A DNA stretch of 64,000 nt from positions 7,936,001 through 8,000,000 of the forward strand of contig NC_086108.1 in assembly GCF_963921235.1 (NCBI RefSeq), read 5' to 3'. Shown here in pieces: positions 24,137-35,634 of the stretch (position 1 is the first letter of the stretch; every line of letters begins with the position of its first letter). The notes beneath the pieces are model-generated. The model did no database searches. It was not told the origin of the DNA and was given only the letters and a program-made list of their open reading frames with translations. Position numbers and translations under genes: made by a program. Origin of the DNA: Mobula hypostoma. Its lineage: Eukaryota.

Positions 24137-24935
24137 AACACAAGACATTCTGCAGATGCTGGGAATCCAGAGCAATACACACAAAATGCTGGAAGAACTC
24201 AGCAGGTTAGGCAGCATCTGTGGAGGGGAATAATAGTAGATTTTTCAGGTAGAGACCCTTCATCAGGACTGGTAAGGATGGAAAGAGGTTCTAGAATAAG
24301 AAGTTGGGGGAGTGGAACAAGTACAAGCCGACAGGTGACAGGCGAGACCAAGTGAGGGGGTAAGTTGGGTAGGGGAGGGAGGATGGTGGAAAGTGACAGG
24401 TGGAAAAGGCAAAGGGCTGAACAAGGAGTATTCTGACAGGAAGGGAGAGTGGACTTTGAGGAAAGGGAAGGAGGAGGGGAACCAGAGGGAGGTGATGGGC
24501 AGTAGAGGTGAAGAAAAGGATTGAGAGGGGAACCAGAATGGGGAATGGAGAAATAAAGAAGAAAGCGGGGGACAAATCAAAGTCGGAGGGTACCTAGGTG
24601 GAATTTGAGGTGTTGCTTCTCCAACCTGAGAGTGGTTCATCGTGACCATAGACAAACTTGTCGCAATGGCAGTGGGAAGTTCAATTGAAATGGGTGGCCA
24701 CCTGGAGATCCCACCTTTAGTGGTGGATGAAGTGAAGGTGCTCGATAAAGCAGTCCCCCCAGTACGTCAGGTCTCACCAGTGCAGAGGAGGCCGCACTGG
24801 GAGTACCGCATAAAAAAGGTGACCCGGCATACCCACAGGTGAAGTGTTGCCTTAACTGGATGGACTGTTTGGGGCCCTGAATGGTGGCATGGTAGGAGGT
24901 GAAGAGACGGGTTTAGCACTTGTCCCACTTGCAAG
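24137..24935 (-). mobile_element. Penelope-like element 3' part (GIY-YIG remnant plus pseudo-LTR)
   Basis: Remnant ...RYSQCGLLCTGET resembling the PLE GIY-YIG CSRCGLLYIGET; CT-rich 3' region; degenerate hammerhead CTGATGA at ~24260-24266. Confidence 0.75.
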
Positions 24936-25524
24936 AAGAATTTCCCTGTTCTTCTCAAGTCTCGGCATAGGACTGTATATCTACCAGAAACAGCATGTGA
25001 GGCCTAAAGGTTGGCCGTTTCTCCCTTGAGGGACTGCACTTTGTCATCTAGCCTGCAGATTGGCATTTGAAGTTGGCAAGTCCTGAAGTCGAGGCCCAAT
25101 CATTAAAGCCCTTGGGTTGGCGTGTCTGATGTCGTAGGCCCGATGTTTGGGGGTCTGTGCACCCACCGGAGGCTGGTGGGCAGAAGCAGCCTACGCTGGG
25201 GTTTGAGGCCTGTCTGTCTATGTGTGGTTGGGTGCGTGGGAGCAACAAAAGAGGCTTTTTATGCTGTTATTGTTGTGTTGTTGTTGTTTGTGTTTTTCCG
25301 GTGAACACTGGAATGTGTGGCGACACTTGTGGGCTGCCCCCCAGCATGTCCTTAGATTGTGCTGGTTGTTAACGCAAATGACGTATTACACTGTATGTTT
25401 CAACGGACACAATAAATAAAACCATAAGAGATAGGAGCAGAATTAGGCATTCAGTCCATTGTGTCTGCTCCTCCATTTCATGATGGCTGACCCACTCTTT
25501 TCTCAACCTCAGTCTCCTGCCGAA

Positions 25525-26630
25525 CATAAGAAGATAAGAAATAGGAGCAGGAGTAGGCCATCCAGCCCATCGAACCTGCCCCGCCATTCAATAAGATCAT
25601 GGCTGATCTGTCCGTAAACTCAGCTCCGTCTACCTGACTTTTCCCCATAACTCTTATGTGGTGTCTGAAAAGAGGATGCTGTCCAAGTTGCATGCCATCT
25701 TGGTCAATGTCTCCCATCCAGTACATAATGTACAGGGTGGGCACAGGAGTACATTCACCCAGAGACTCATTCCACCAAGATGCAACACTGAGCGTCATAG
25801 GAAGTCATTCCTGCCTGTGGCCATCAAACTTTACAACTCCTCCCTTGGAGGGTCAGACACCCTGAGCCAATAGGCTGGTCCTGGACTTATTTCATAATTT
25901 ACTGGCATAATTTACATATTACCATTTAACTATTTATGGTTTTATTACTATTTATTATTTAAGGTGCAACTGTAATGAAAACCAATTTCCCCCGGGATCA
26001 ATAAAGTATGACTATGACTATGACTATGACTTAATTCCCCTACCATGTAAAAATCTATCTAACTTTATTTTAAATATATTTAGTGAAGAAGCCTCAACTG
26101 CTTCCCTGAGCAGAGAATTCCACAGATTCGCCACTCTCTGGGAAAAACAGTTTCTCCTCATCTCTGTCCTAAATCTTCTCCCCTGAATGTTGAGGTAATG
26201 TCCCCTAGTTCTAGTCTCACCTACCAATGGAAACAACTTTCCTACTTCTATCTTATCTATCCCTTTCAAAATTTTTTATGTTTCTATAAGATCCGCTTTC
26301 ATTCTTCTGAATTCCAGAGAGTATAGTCCCAGGCAACTCAATCTCTCCTCATAGGTTAACCCCTTCATCCCTGGAATCAACCTGGTGAACCTCCTCTGCA
26401 CTGCCTCCAAAGCCAGTATATCCTTCCTCAAGTATGGAGACCAGAACTGCACACAGTACTCCAGGTGCAGCCTCACCAGTACTCTGTATATTTGCAGCAT
26501 GACCTCCCTGCTCTTGAATTCAATCCCTCTAGCAATGAAGGCCAACATTCATTTGCCTTCTTAATAACCTGTTGTACCTGCCAGTCAGCTTTCTGTGATT
26601 CATGAACAAGCACTCCCAAGTTCCTCTGCA
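25525..26630 (-). mobile_element. CR1 LINE 3' part containing a nested Rex1-like 3' fragment (25657-26030, + strand, (atgact)n tail)
   Basis: ORFs 26276-26548 and 26024-26269 are the CR1 C-terminus; the insert encodes RLIPPRCNTERHRKSFLPVAIKLYN. Confidence 0.85.
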
Positions 26631-26640
26631 CAACAGCATG

Positions 26641-27165
26641 CTGCAATCTTTCCCATAACTTTCATGCCCTGACTAATCAAAAATGTATGAACCTTGGCCT
26701 TAAATACATCCAATGACTTGGCTTCCACAGCCAACTGTGACAACGCATTACACAGATTCACCACTCTCTGGTTAAATAAATTCCTCCTCATCTTCGTTCT
26801 AAATAGACGTCCCTCTATTGTGAGGCTGTGCCCTCTGGTCCTAGACTCCCCCCACCATAGGGAACATCCTCTCCACATCCACTCTATTGAGGGCTTTCAG
26901 CATTTGATGAGATCCCCGCTCATTCTTCTGAATTCCAGTGAGTACAGGCCCAGAGCCATGAAACACTCCTCCTATGATAAAGCTTTCAATCCCAGACTCA
27001 TTCTTGTGAACTTCCTCTGAAGTCTCTCCAATGACAGCACATCATCTCTTAGATACGGGGCTCACAATACTCCAAGTGAGGCCTCACCAGTGCCTTATAA
27101 AACCTCAATATTATGTCATTGCTTTTATGTTCCAGTCCTCTTGAAATGAATGCTAACATCACATT
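26641..27165 (-). mobile_element. CR1 LINE 3' fragment
   Basis: MLAFISRGLEHKS...RPHLEYCE and ESRTRGHSL...FNQRVVNL remnants. Confidence 0.8.
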
Positions 27166-27189
27166 TGAGCAAATCTGATTCCGATTCCT

Positions 27190-27422
27190 AAACACGAGGA
27201 AATCTGCAGATGCTGGAATTTCAAGCAACATATATAAAAGTTGCTGGTGAACGCAGCAGGCCAGGCAGCATCTCTAGGAAGAGGTACAGTCGATGTTTCA
27301 GGCCGAGAAGGGTCTTGAAATGATGAAATGACGCAGTGTCTCAGCCCGAAACGTCGACTGTACCTCTTCCTAGACATGCTGCCTGGCCTGCTGTGTTCAC
27401 CAGCACTTTTATGTGTGTTGCT
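27190..27422. mobile_element. Fold-back Penelope pseudo-LTR insertion with TSD
   Basis: Inverted arms (ggccaggcagcatctctaggaagaggtacagtcga / tcgactgtacctcttcctagacatgctgcctggcc) around broken hammerhead halves; tgattccgattcct duplicated at 27176-27189 and 27423-27436. Confidence 0.8.
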
Positions 27423-27672
27423 TGATTCCGATTCCTTTCTGATTGTGGGGAAGAACTCCAGCTATCGGCTCTGATGCAGGGACCAAAACAATAGGATTCA
27501 CACTTGTAAGTCAGGCAGCACCTGTGGAAGGGAATAAGCATTCGATACTTCAGGTTCAGACCCTCCGTCAGGACATTTCCTCTCCATAGATGCTGCCCGA
27601 CCCACTGAGTTCCTCCAGCATTTTGTGTGTGTGTTGTTCTGGATTTCCAGCATCTGCAAAATCTCTCCTGTT

Positions 27673-29835
27673 TCAGAATCAGAATCGGGTTTAATATCAC
27701 TGGCCGGCATGTATCGTGAAATGTGTTGTCTTTGCGGCAGCAATACATAATAATAGAAGAAACCTGTGAATTACAGGAATACTGTTGTTACGTACCCCGT
27801 AACTGGGTTGCCAAACCAGCAGAAATGGATCACTCAGTTGGAGTCTGGAGTACTAGAACTAAGAAAGTTTTATTAAAGAAACAAGCAACACAGTAATCGA
27901 AAGGATAATAAATGCAACAGTTCAGCGATGATAAACACACATGTGCACAGAATTAAGATAACAGCATCAATCAAGCTCTATCGTTGTCTAGGGGTAAATG
28001 ACCAAATTTCAAAGTGACTCAAAGTTCAGTCCAGTTTAGTAGTTCAGTTCGCAGTAATCGTTGCCATGACGATGGACAACGTGGGGGGAGAGAGAGAGAG
28101 AACAGGAACAACTGATCATTCAGACACGGCTTCACTCACAGACCGGCGATATGGCTCACAAGCAGCTTTTGGGCAGGTCCTTGGTGATGTCACCTGAGGT
28201 CACCGACTGTGACCCCTCCTCCAGATGCGGTCGATCCTCTGCAGTGAACCCGGCACCCAGGCAAGGGCGGACACACACCGGGTTCCCGCTGATCGTACCT
28301 TTCCACCCTGGTCGTTGTCTGATACTTCTCACCGACTCGTGAGAGGCGTACCGCTTCCAGGGTCTCGTTACCTCGGGTGGCGTGTGTGTTGCCTTAGCGA
28401 ACCTGTCCCTTTTTATCCCCCTGCTGGGGTATCACCTATCCATCACTTCAAACAGTTCAAGGTTCAAAGGGGGGAGCCGCTCCAGACAGCTCTCTCTCCC
28501 CCGTCCCTTCATCACACATCTCCAGACGCTGCTCCATTGTTCCTTATCTCTCCTTCCCCTGAGGGCAGGTGGCAGACCACTTGCTGATGTCACTGATGCT
28601 AACCCAGGCCAGCAAACATCTTAATTTTATGTGTATTCTCATCACACTGTATATATATTAGATAGTTAAATGAATAAGTAGTGCACATATAGAAATAAAA
28701 AAAAGTAGTGAGGTAGTGTTCATAGGTTCATTGTCCATTCAGAAATCTGATGGCAGAGAGGAAGAATCTGTTCCTGAGTTGTTGAGTGTGTGTCTTCAGG
28801 CTCCTGTACCTCCTCCCTGATGGTGGCAATGAGAACAAGGTGAGAAGGCAGGGCCTGGGTGGTGGGGCTTCTTAATGATGGCTGCCACCTTTCTGAGGTA
28901 TCGCTCATAGAAACATAGAAAACCTACAGCCCACAAAGCTGTGCCAAACATGTCCTTACCTTAGAAATTACCTAGGGTTACCGATAGCCCTCTATTTTTC
29001 TGAGCTCCATGTACCTATCTTAAAAGACCCAATCATATCTGCCTCCACCACCGCCGCCGGCAGCCCATTCCACACACTCACCACTCTCTGTGTAAAAAAC
29101 TTACCCCTGACATCTCCTCTGTACCTACATCCAAACACCTTAAAACTGTGCTCTCTCATGCTAGCCATTTCAGCCCTGGGAAAAAGCCTCTGACTATCCA
29201 CACGATCAATGCCTCTTATCATCCTATACGCCTCTATCAGGTCACCTCTCATCCTCCGCCGCTCCAAGGAGAAAAGGCTGAGTTCACTCAACCTATTCTC
29301 ATAAGGCATGCTCCCCAATCCAGGCAACATCCTTGTAAATCTCCTCTGCACCCTTTCTATGGTTTCCACATCCTTCCTGTGGTGAGGCGACCAGAACTGA
29401 GCACAGTACTCCAGGTGGGATCTGACCAGGGTCCTATCTAGCTCCTTGAAGATGTCCTGGATTCTACGGAGGCTAGTGCCTATGATGGAGCTGCCTAAGT
29501 TTACAACTCTCTGCACCTTATTTTGATCCTGTGCAGCAGATCATCCCCCACCCCCCCCCCGCCACCCACTCCCGCCACAGGACGGTGATGCAGCCTGTTA
29601 GAATGCTCTCCATGCTGCATCTGAAAAAGTTTGCAAATGTCTTTGGTGACATATGAAATCTCCTCAAACTCCTATTGAAATATAGCCGCTGTCATGCCTT
29701 CTTTGTAGCTGCATCGATATGTTGGGCCCAGGATAGATCCTCAGAGATCTTGACACCCAGGAACTTGAAATTGCTCACTCTCTCCACTTCTGACCCCTGA
29801 ATGAGGACTGGTATGTGTTCCCTCATCTTATCCTT
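27673..29835 (-). mobile_element. Rex1/Babar-like LINE hosting a solo LTR and a CR1 (28907-29437)
   Basis: (gattct)n tail at 27673; ORF2 remnants at 28720-28908 and 29440-29830; nested CR1 with RSHLEYCAQFWSP and (ctatgttt) tail. Confidence 0.8.
27786..28646 (-). mobile_element. Solo LTR, 861 bp
   Basis: tgttacg...atcaca termini; 4-bp TSD ctgt (27782-27785 and 28647-28650); minus-strand gataaaa and aataaa signals; CpG-rich. Confidence 0.85.
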
Positions 29836-30191
29836 TCTGTATTACATCTTACCCTTTCTGTATTATATCTTACCCATTCTGTATTACATTCTGTATTACA
29901 TCTTACCCATTCTGTATTACATCTCACCCATTCTGTATTACATTCTGTATTACATCTTACCCTTTCTGTATTACATCTCACCCATTCTGTATTACATTCT
30001 GTATTACATCTTACCCTTTCTGTATTACATCTCACCCATTCTGTATTACATTCTGTATTACATCTTACCCATTCTGTATTACATCTCACCCATTCTGTAT
30101 TACATTCTGTATTACATCTTACCCATTCTGTATTACATCTCACCCATTCTGTATTACATTCTGTATTACATCTTACCGCTTCTGTATTACA
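29824..30191. repeat. Compound minisatellite, 21+21+12 = 54-bp period
   Basis: ttctgtattacatct(t/c)accc(a/t) 21-mers alternate with ttctgtattaca 12-mers. Confidence 0.95.
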
Positions 30192-31324
30192 TTTGGTTCC
30201 AGACTGGGTTCCTCACCATTGCCCCCCCTCCTGTCAGTCCCGGAGAGAATAAGGTGGTTGCATAGAACAGTACAACACAGCAACAGGCCCTTTGGCCCAT
30301 CTTTTCCATGCTGTACATGATGCCTAATAATTCTGCCTGCACAAGATCCATATTCATGTGGACACTGAAAGCCCCTTGAATCTGTGGAATTTGTCGCCAC
30401 AGGCAGCCAAGTCACTGGGTGCACTTAAGGCCAAGAGTGATAGGTTCTTTAGTGCACGAAGGTGTTTCGAGACAGATATTTCAGATAAAAACAATGGTGC
30501 ATGTGCACCAACTTTAACCGGCTGCTCACGAGTGCATGTACAAGTATATCATAACATCCCCCTTCTTATCGAAACAAAGAAAAGGAACAATTGTATTAAC
30601 AATTAATTTCTCTGAAGTCTGCTTTCCAGTGTATTTTCATGGAACTAACTTTCAAAGCATTCATTAATCATGCTTTACGCCTCCTATGACTGTCACAAAT
30701 ACATACCACTCATTATTTCTGTTTGTATGAACATATATACAAAATATAAAACATACTAAAATTCAACTTTCACTTCAAACTACAAACTACACAACATCAA
30801 ATTGGACACGGTCCTTCTTTGAGTATAAACATGACATTAAAATGCCAAATAGTGTCACAGACTTATTGTTCAATTGTTCATGCAATTATTCAATGTGGGA
30901 CAAAGTCTTCTAGATATTGTGGCCTTTTCACTGTGCAGCCATAACGAGTTTTTACTGTTTTGTCTGAGTCCTGTTGTTTGTTATTTGCATCTTTCAACAC
31001 TTGTGTTAGTGTTTGTGTTGTGTCATTAGCCTCTGCTAGCGTTCGGCTGTGTGCATTTGATGCGGTAGACACACTGTGGTCATTGATCCCGGTTGATTGA
31101 CCGGGTTTTGCCTGTTCATAGTGATTAGCTTTTCAGGCGGATCCTCAGCCGTCTTTCGTAGGTGTATGCGATTACGTCGGTAGGTCCCAGAAGGGGTTTG
31201 AACTACCTATGAACACTCATCAAGGCGCCGACACACAATTGCTTTCTCCCAATTCTTTGTACCTTGCACCAGGGGCTGCATGTGCACGGTATCCCTTTCG
31301 TCGAGTGGGGCAAGATCTTTGGCT

Positions 31325-31544
31325 ACACACATCAAAGTTGCTGGTGCATGCAGCAGGCCAGGCAGCATCTCTAGGAAGAGGTACAGTCGACGTTTCGGGC
31401 CAAGACCCTTCGTCAGGACTGTACCCGAAACGTCGACTGTACCTCTTCCTAGAGATGCTGCCTGGCCTGCTGCGTTCACCAGCAACTTTGATGTGTGTTG
31501 TTTGAATTTCCAGCATCTGCAGATGTCCTCGTGTTTGCGTTTTT
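31325..31544. mobile_element. Fold-back Penelope pseudo-LTR insertion in the Gypsy integrase region, 13-bp TSD
   Basis: aagatctttggct at 31312-31324 and 31545-31557; inverted arms centred near 31410-31425. Confidence 0.88.
31381..31424 (-). ncRNA. Intact minimal type I hammerhead ribozyme
   Basis: Minus strand gtacagtc-CTGACGA-a-gggt-cttg-gccc-GAAAC-GTC-gactgtac: perfect 8-bp stem I, 4-bp stem II, palindromic minimal stem III; predicted cleavage after GUC (between 31389 and 31388). Confidence 0.85.
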
Positions 31545-34413
31545 AAGATCTTTGGCTGACTTGTTCTAATTGTCGGCCTGCTGCGGGACGCGTTGTTTCA
31601 TACACTCGCGTTCGGGTACAGCTCTGGGTTCCAGTAAGCTCGCCGTTGTAGGCAGGAGTGTGGCCCTTGCCAAGGTGTGTTGCGATGGTCTAGAAGTGCG
31701 AGGTCGGTTTGTTGCTCTTTGTGAGGATCCGCTTCGCAGTTTTAACTGCTGATCCAGCTTTTCCATTCGCTCTGCTGTTTCCGGGGCTGCTGCACAACTG
31801 CTCAAAATCCCATTCTCGTGCAAATCGCTGACGAGTGTTGTGGCCCATTCTCACTAACCACTTGTGTTGGGCTACCATATCTCGCAAAACGAGCCTTCAA
31901 TTTGCGAATAACAGAGGCGCTGGTCGTATCGCAAAGAAGATCTACCTCGAAGAAATTGCTGTAGTAATCAATGGGGACGAGTTACTCTTTTCCCGCGAAT
32001 GTAAACAGGTTATTCCCACGGCCGAGCAGGTACCTCATGACTCATAAGCGATTCTTTCTGCTGACTCATTTCGTATGTGCGACAAATATCACATGTAGCA
32101 ATATATTGCTTGATGTCGCTGCTCATGCCCGGCCAAAAAGAGATTGGCGTGCGCGTCTGAGGCTTCCTTCTACGCCCAAGTGTGACGAATGAATTCTTTC
32201 CTTCATTTGCTTTGGCTCACTTTGCGGAATGATGACACGCTCACCTTTGAAGATGAAGCCGTGCGGGCTCAGCCCTATAGCTATAGTAAGGTGTGAGTTG
32301 CTCTGGTAGCGCGTCACGTTTGCTCGGCCATCCACTGATGATTACGCGTTTCAACGTCTGTAGTGTGTCATCTTTCGCTGTTTCTATGCGAATCTGCTCC
32401 AGACGCTCATCGCGGATTGACAGGTGCCATAGCATGTTGACTTTGTCGAAGCTGTTCTCCTGGCCTGGAGGACCGCTAACTGCTTGCGATAACGTATCCG
32501 CGAGGTGCATGAGCTTTCCTTGACAGTAGGTGATGTTGAAGTCATAGCCCTGCAGGTGAAGAAGCATTCCCTGTAGGCGTTTTGGCACCTTCACCGACGG
32601 CTTCTTAACTATCATCTCGAGCAGTTTGTGATCACTGAGTGTTCTCGTGAAGCAGCCAAAAGTGTATTGATGAAAACGCTGAAGTGTGAAAACGATTGTG
32701 AGCATTTCCTTTTCGGTCGCTGCGTAACGCGTTCCTGTGTCTGTTAGTGCTCTGCTTGCATATGCGATCGGACGTCCATTCTGGAGGAGTGCTGCCCCTA
32801 GGCCTTTGTTGCTGGCGTTACACTGGATGGTCAGCTCTTCCTTAGAATTGTAGTATGCTAACACCGGTGCTCCGCATACCATCCGCTTGATGTTGGAGAC
32901 AGCGTTTTGCTGCTCAGCTGACCACTCCCATGCTAAATCTGGCTTTGTCAGCTGTCTTATTGGCTCAAGGGTATCTGAGAGACTTGGTAGAAAACGGCTC
33001 AGGTAGTTGACAAATCCAATCAATCGCTGCACTCCCTGCACATCCTTAGGTACTGGCATGTTGAGAACGTCAGCGACCTTTTTAGCATCAGGCTGAAGTC
33101 CCTCACTTGTGATGAGATGCCCCAAAAACGTTATCTGTCGCTCTGAAGACAGATTTGTTCTTGTTGAGCCTGATATGCTGCCCTGCACAACGCTGTAATA
33201 GCTACTCAAGTTTCCCATCGTGATCGGCGATTGCCTTTTCCTGCGTTTCCCCTTTTCCGTACACCAGTATGTCGTCTGAGACGCAGATCACTCCCGGTAG
33301 TCCTTCCAGCGCCTGATGCAGCCTGCGCTGGAAGATCTCTGATGAAACGCTGGTTCCAAACAGGAGTCTGAGCCATCTATACCGCCCGAAAGGTGTGTTG
33401 AAAGTGGTGAGCACGCTTGATTCACTGTCCAATTTCACTTGCCAGAATGCAGAACTCCTGTCAAGCTTGCTGAAAACCATAGCCTGGTGAAGATCTGGCA
33501 AAATGTCCTCTATCACTGGGAGGGGGCAGTGTTCTCTCCTCAGCGCTTTGCTCAATGGTCGAGGGTCAATGCATATACAAAGATTGCCGTTTTTCTCTGC
33601 GACCACTAACTGGCTAAGCCACCTTGAAGGTTCATGGACCGGAGCTATCACCTTGTGGTCTACCAGTTGATCAAGCTCAGCTTTCGCTTCCCGCTTCATA
33701 GTGTGAGGTAGACGTCGTGGGGGTAACACTGTGGGTTGAACTTCCTCATCAATCTGCAGGCGGGCTGCACCCGGAAGCTCCCCGGGCGCATCATCGAACA
33801 CCTCTGCATAGCGTTCTTCTGGTGTGCATTGTTTTTCTTTAAGTGTAGATGCATGCACCCTGCGAAAGTTGTCACCATTGACCGTAATCAGCTACATTTG
33901 CTGGCTGGCCCTGCTTCCCCAGCAATGGTGTGAAGTCGTCAGTGACCACGACAAATTCGACAGAATACTTGCAGTTCGTCATGGGGTCACCCAATTTCAC
34001 TCTGCACATCCATTCTGCATCCATGGTGGTCTTGTTCCACATCATCAGCTTTTTTGTGCATTGTCTTAGTGTGTGGTCTACTCCCTCCATGTATTTGTGG
34101 GGTAAAATGTTAATGCTCGCCCCGCTGTCGACTTGGAAGTCTATTGGCTTTCCAGTGATGAGCATCTGTGTGAATACGTCATCGCTTGTCTTCAAACTGT
34201 TGAGCACCAGTGTGACATTGTCGATAAACTCGGTGCTGCTGTCCCTGTTGGATTGGTGATCGCTTTGTGCTTCCACCCCATGCACGGGCTTCTGCTTGCA
34301 TACCTCTGCAAAGTGATTTCGAATGCCACACACCTGTCTGTATGCTGGGCATTGTTGCTTGTCTCTTGCATGTTCCGTGCCACAGTACTTGCAAGGGTTC
34401 ACTTTGCTTCTGT

Positions 34414-35634
34414 TGTCATGGTCTGGTCCATGAAATCCGCATTCCGGTCCACGGTCCGGTCCATGTTCCTTATTCCAGTTTTTCCAGTTTTCCCCAGTTT
34501 CTGTTGAGGCAGCTGATTCTCGTTTGAGCTGGCTTCATAAATAGCTTCAGGATTCAGCCTCTGGCTGCTGGATTGTTCTGTCCATACCCCCTGTCTGAAT
34601 CCAATCCAATCAAATCCCATCCAATCCCATCCCTTCCCTTCCCTCGCCTCGTCTTGCCTCGCATGTAACCCTTGCCTGCACTGCTGTCAAGTTCAATTGC
34701 TGGAGCAAGATAAGGAACTGTCTATTGTTGTTTTGAACTGTCTCTGTGTGCTTGCCTTCGCTAGGTAGGTCTGTCCGTTTGCTGCTACCTAGTATTGAGA
34801 ACCATCTCTGTGTCCATGTCTTCGCTAGGTAGGTCCAGCCATTTGCCACTGCCTTGTGTTGGGAACCATCTTGTCATATTCTGCATTCTGTGTAATGAGT
34901 CCCGGCCCTATGCCCTATATCCAAGGAGGGGTCCTGGCTCCGTGTTCCATGTTCCTGTCTCTCCCTCAACCAAGGCTCTGTGTTCCTGTCTCTCCCTTGA
35001 CCTAGTCAAGGCTTCGAGGTCTCGTCCAGTCCTAGCCACGATCCAAGAACCTTATCCTGTCTAAGCCATGGCTTTGTGTTCTCGTCTTGTCCATGTGTCT
35101 CACCCAGCCCAGAGTACCTTGCCCAGCCCAGTGCAGAGTTCCCTTGTCCTGTCCAGGAGTCTCACATCCAGTCCTGTTGCCTCTCCTCATCTTGTAGCCA
35201 CGTCTTGTCCTCGCCTAGTTCTGGAGTCCAAGCCCCAGTCAAGTCCCAGATTCTGGGTCCTTGTCCAGTCTCTGGCTCGGAGTCCATACCCAAGCCTCAA
35301 AGTACCCTATCCTCGAAGAACCCAAGCCTCGTCATGCCTTTGCCTAGATCCGGGGTCTGAGCCCGAGTCAAGACCCAGGTTTTGGGTCCTTATCCAGTCT
35401 CTGGCTCGGAGTCCAAGTCCAGGCTCCTAGTTCCAAGTTCCATGTCCTGGTTCCGCTATCCTAGTCAAGTTCTAGCCCAGGCCCTGTATCCTTGTCTCGT
35501 CCAGGGCCTGTGTCATGTCCAGAGTCCTTTCTTCCCCACTTTCCTTGCTTTCTTGACTAACCTAGTCCTGTTCCTTGTCCTTCAGTGTCTGTGTCTTGCA
35601 TTTGGGTCCACCTCCCAGTGCCCCCACTATGACA
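34414..35634 (+). mobile_element. Solo LTR nested in Gypsy gag (1221 bp)
   Basis: tgtcat...atgaca termini, 5-bp TSD tctgt; removing it restores gag ...LNSHR-SKVNPCKYC in frame. Confidence 0.88.
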
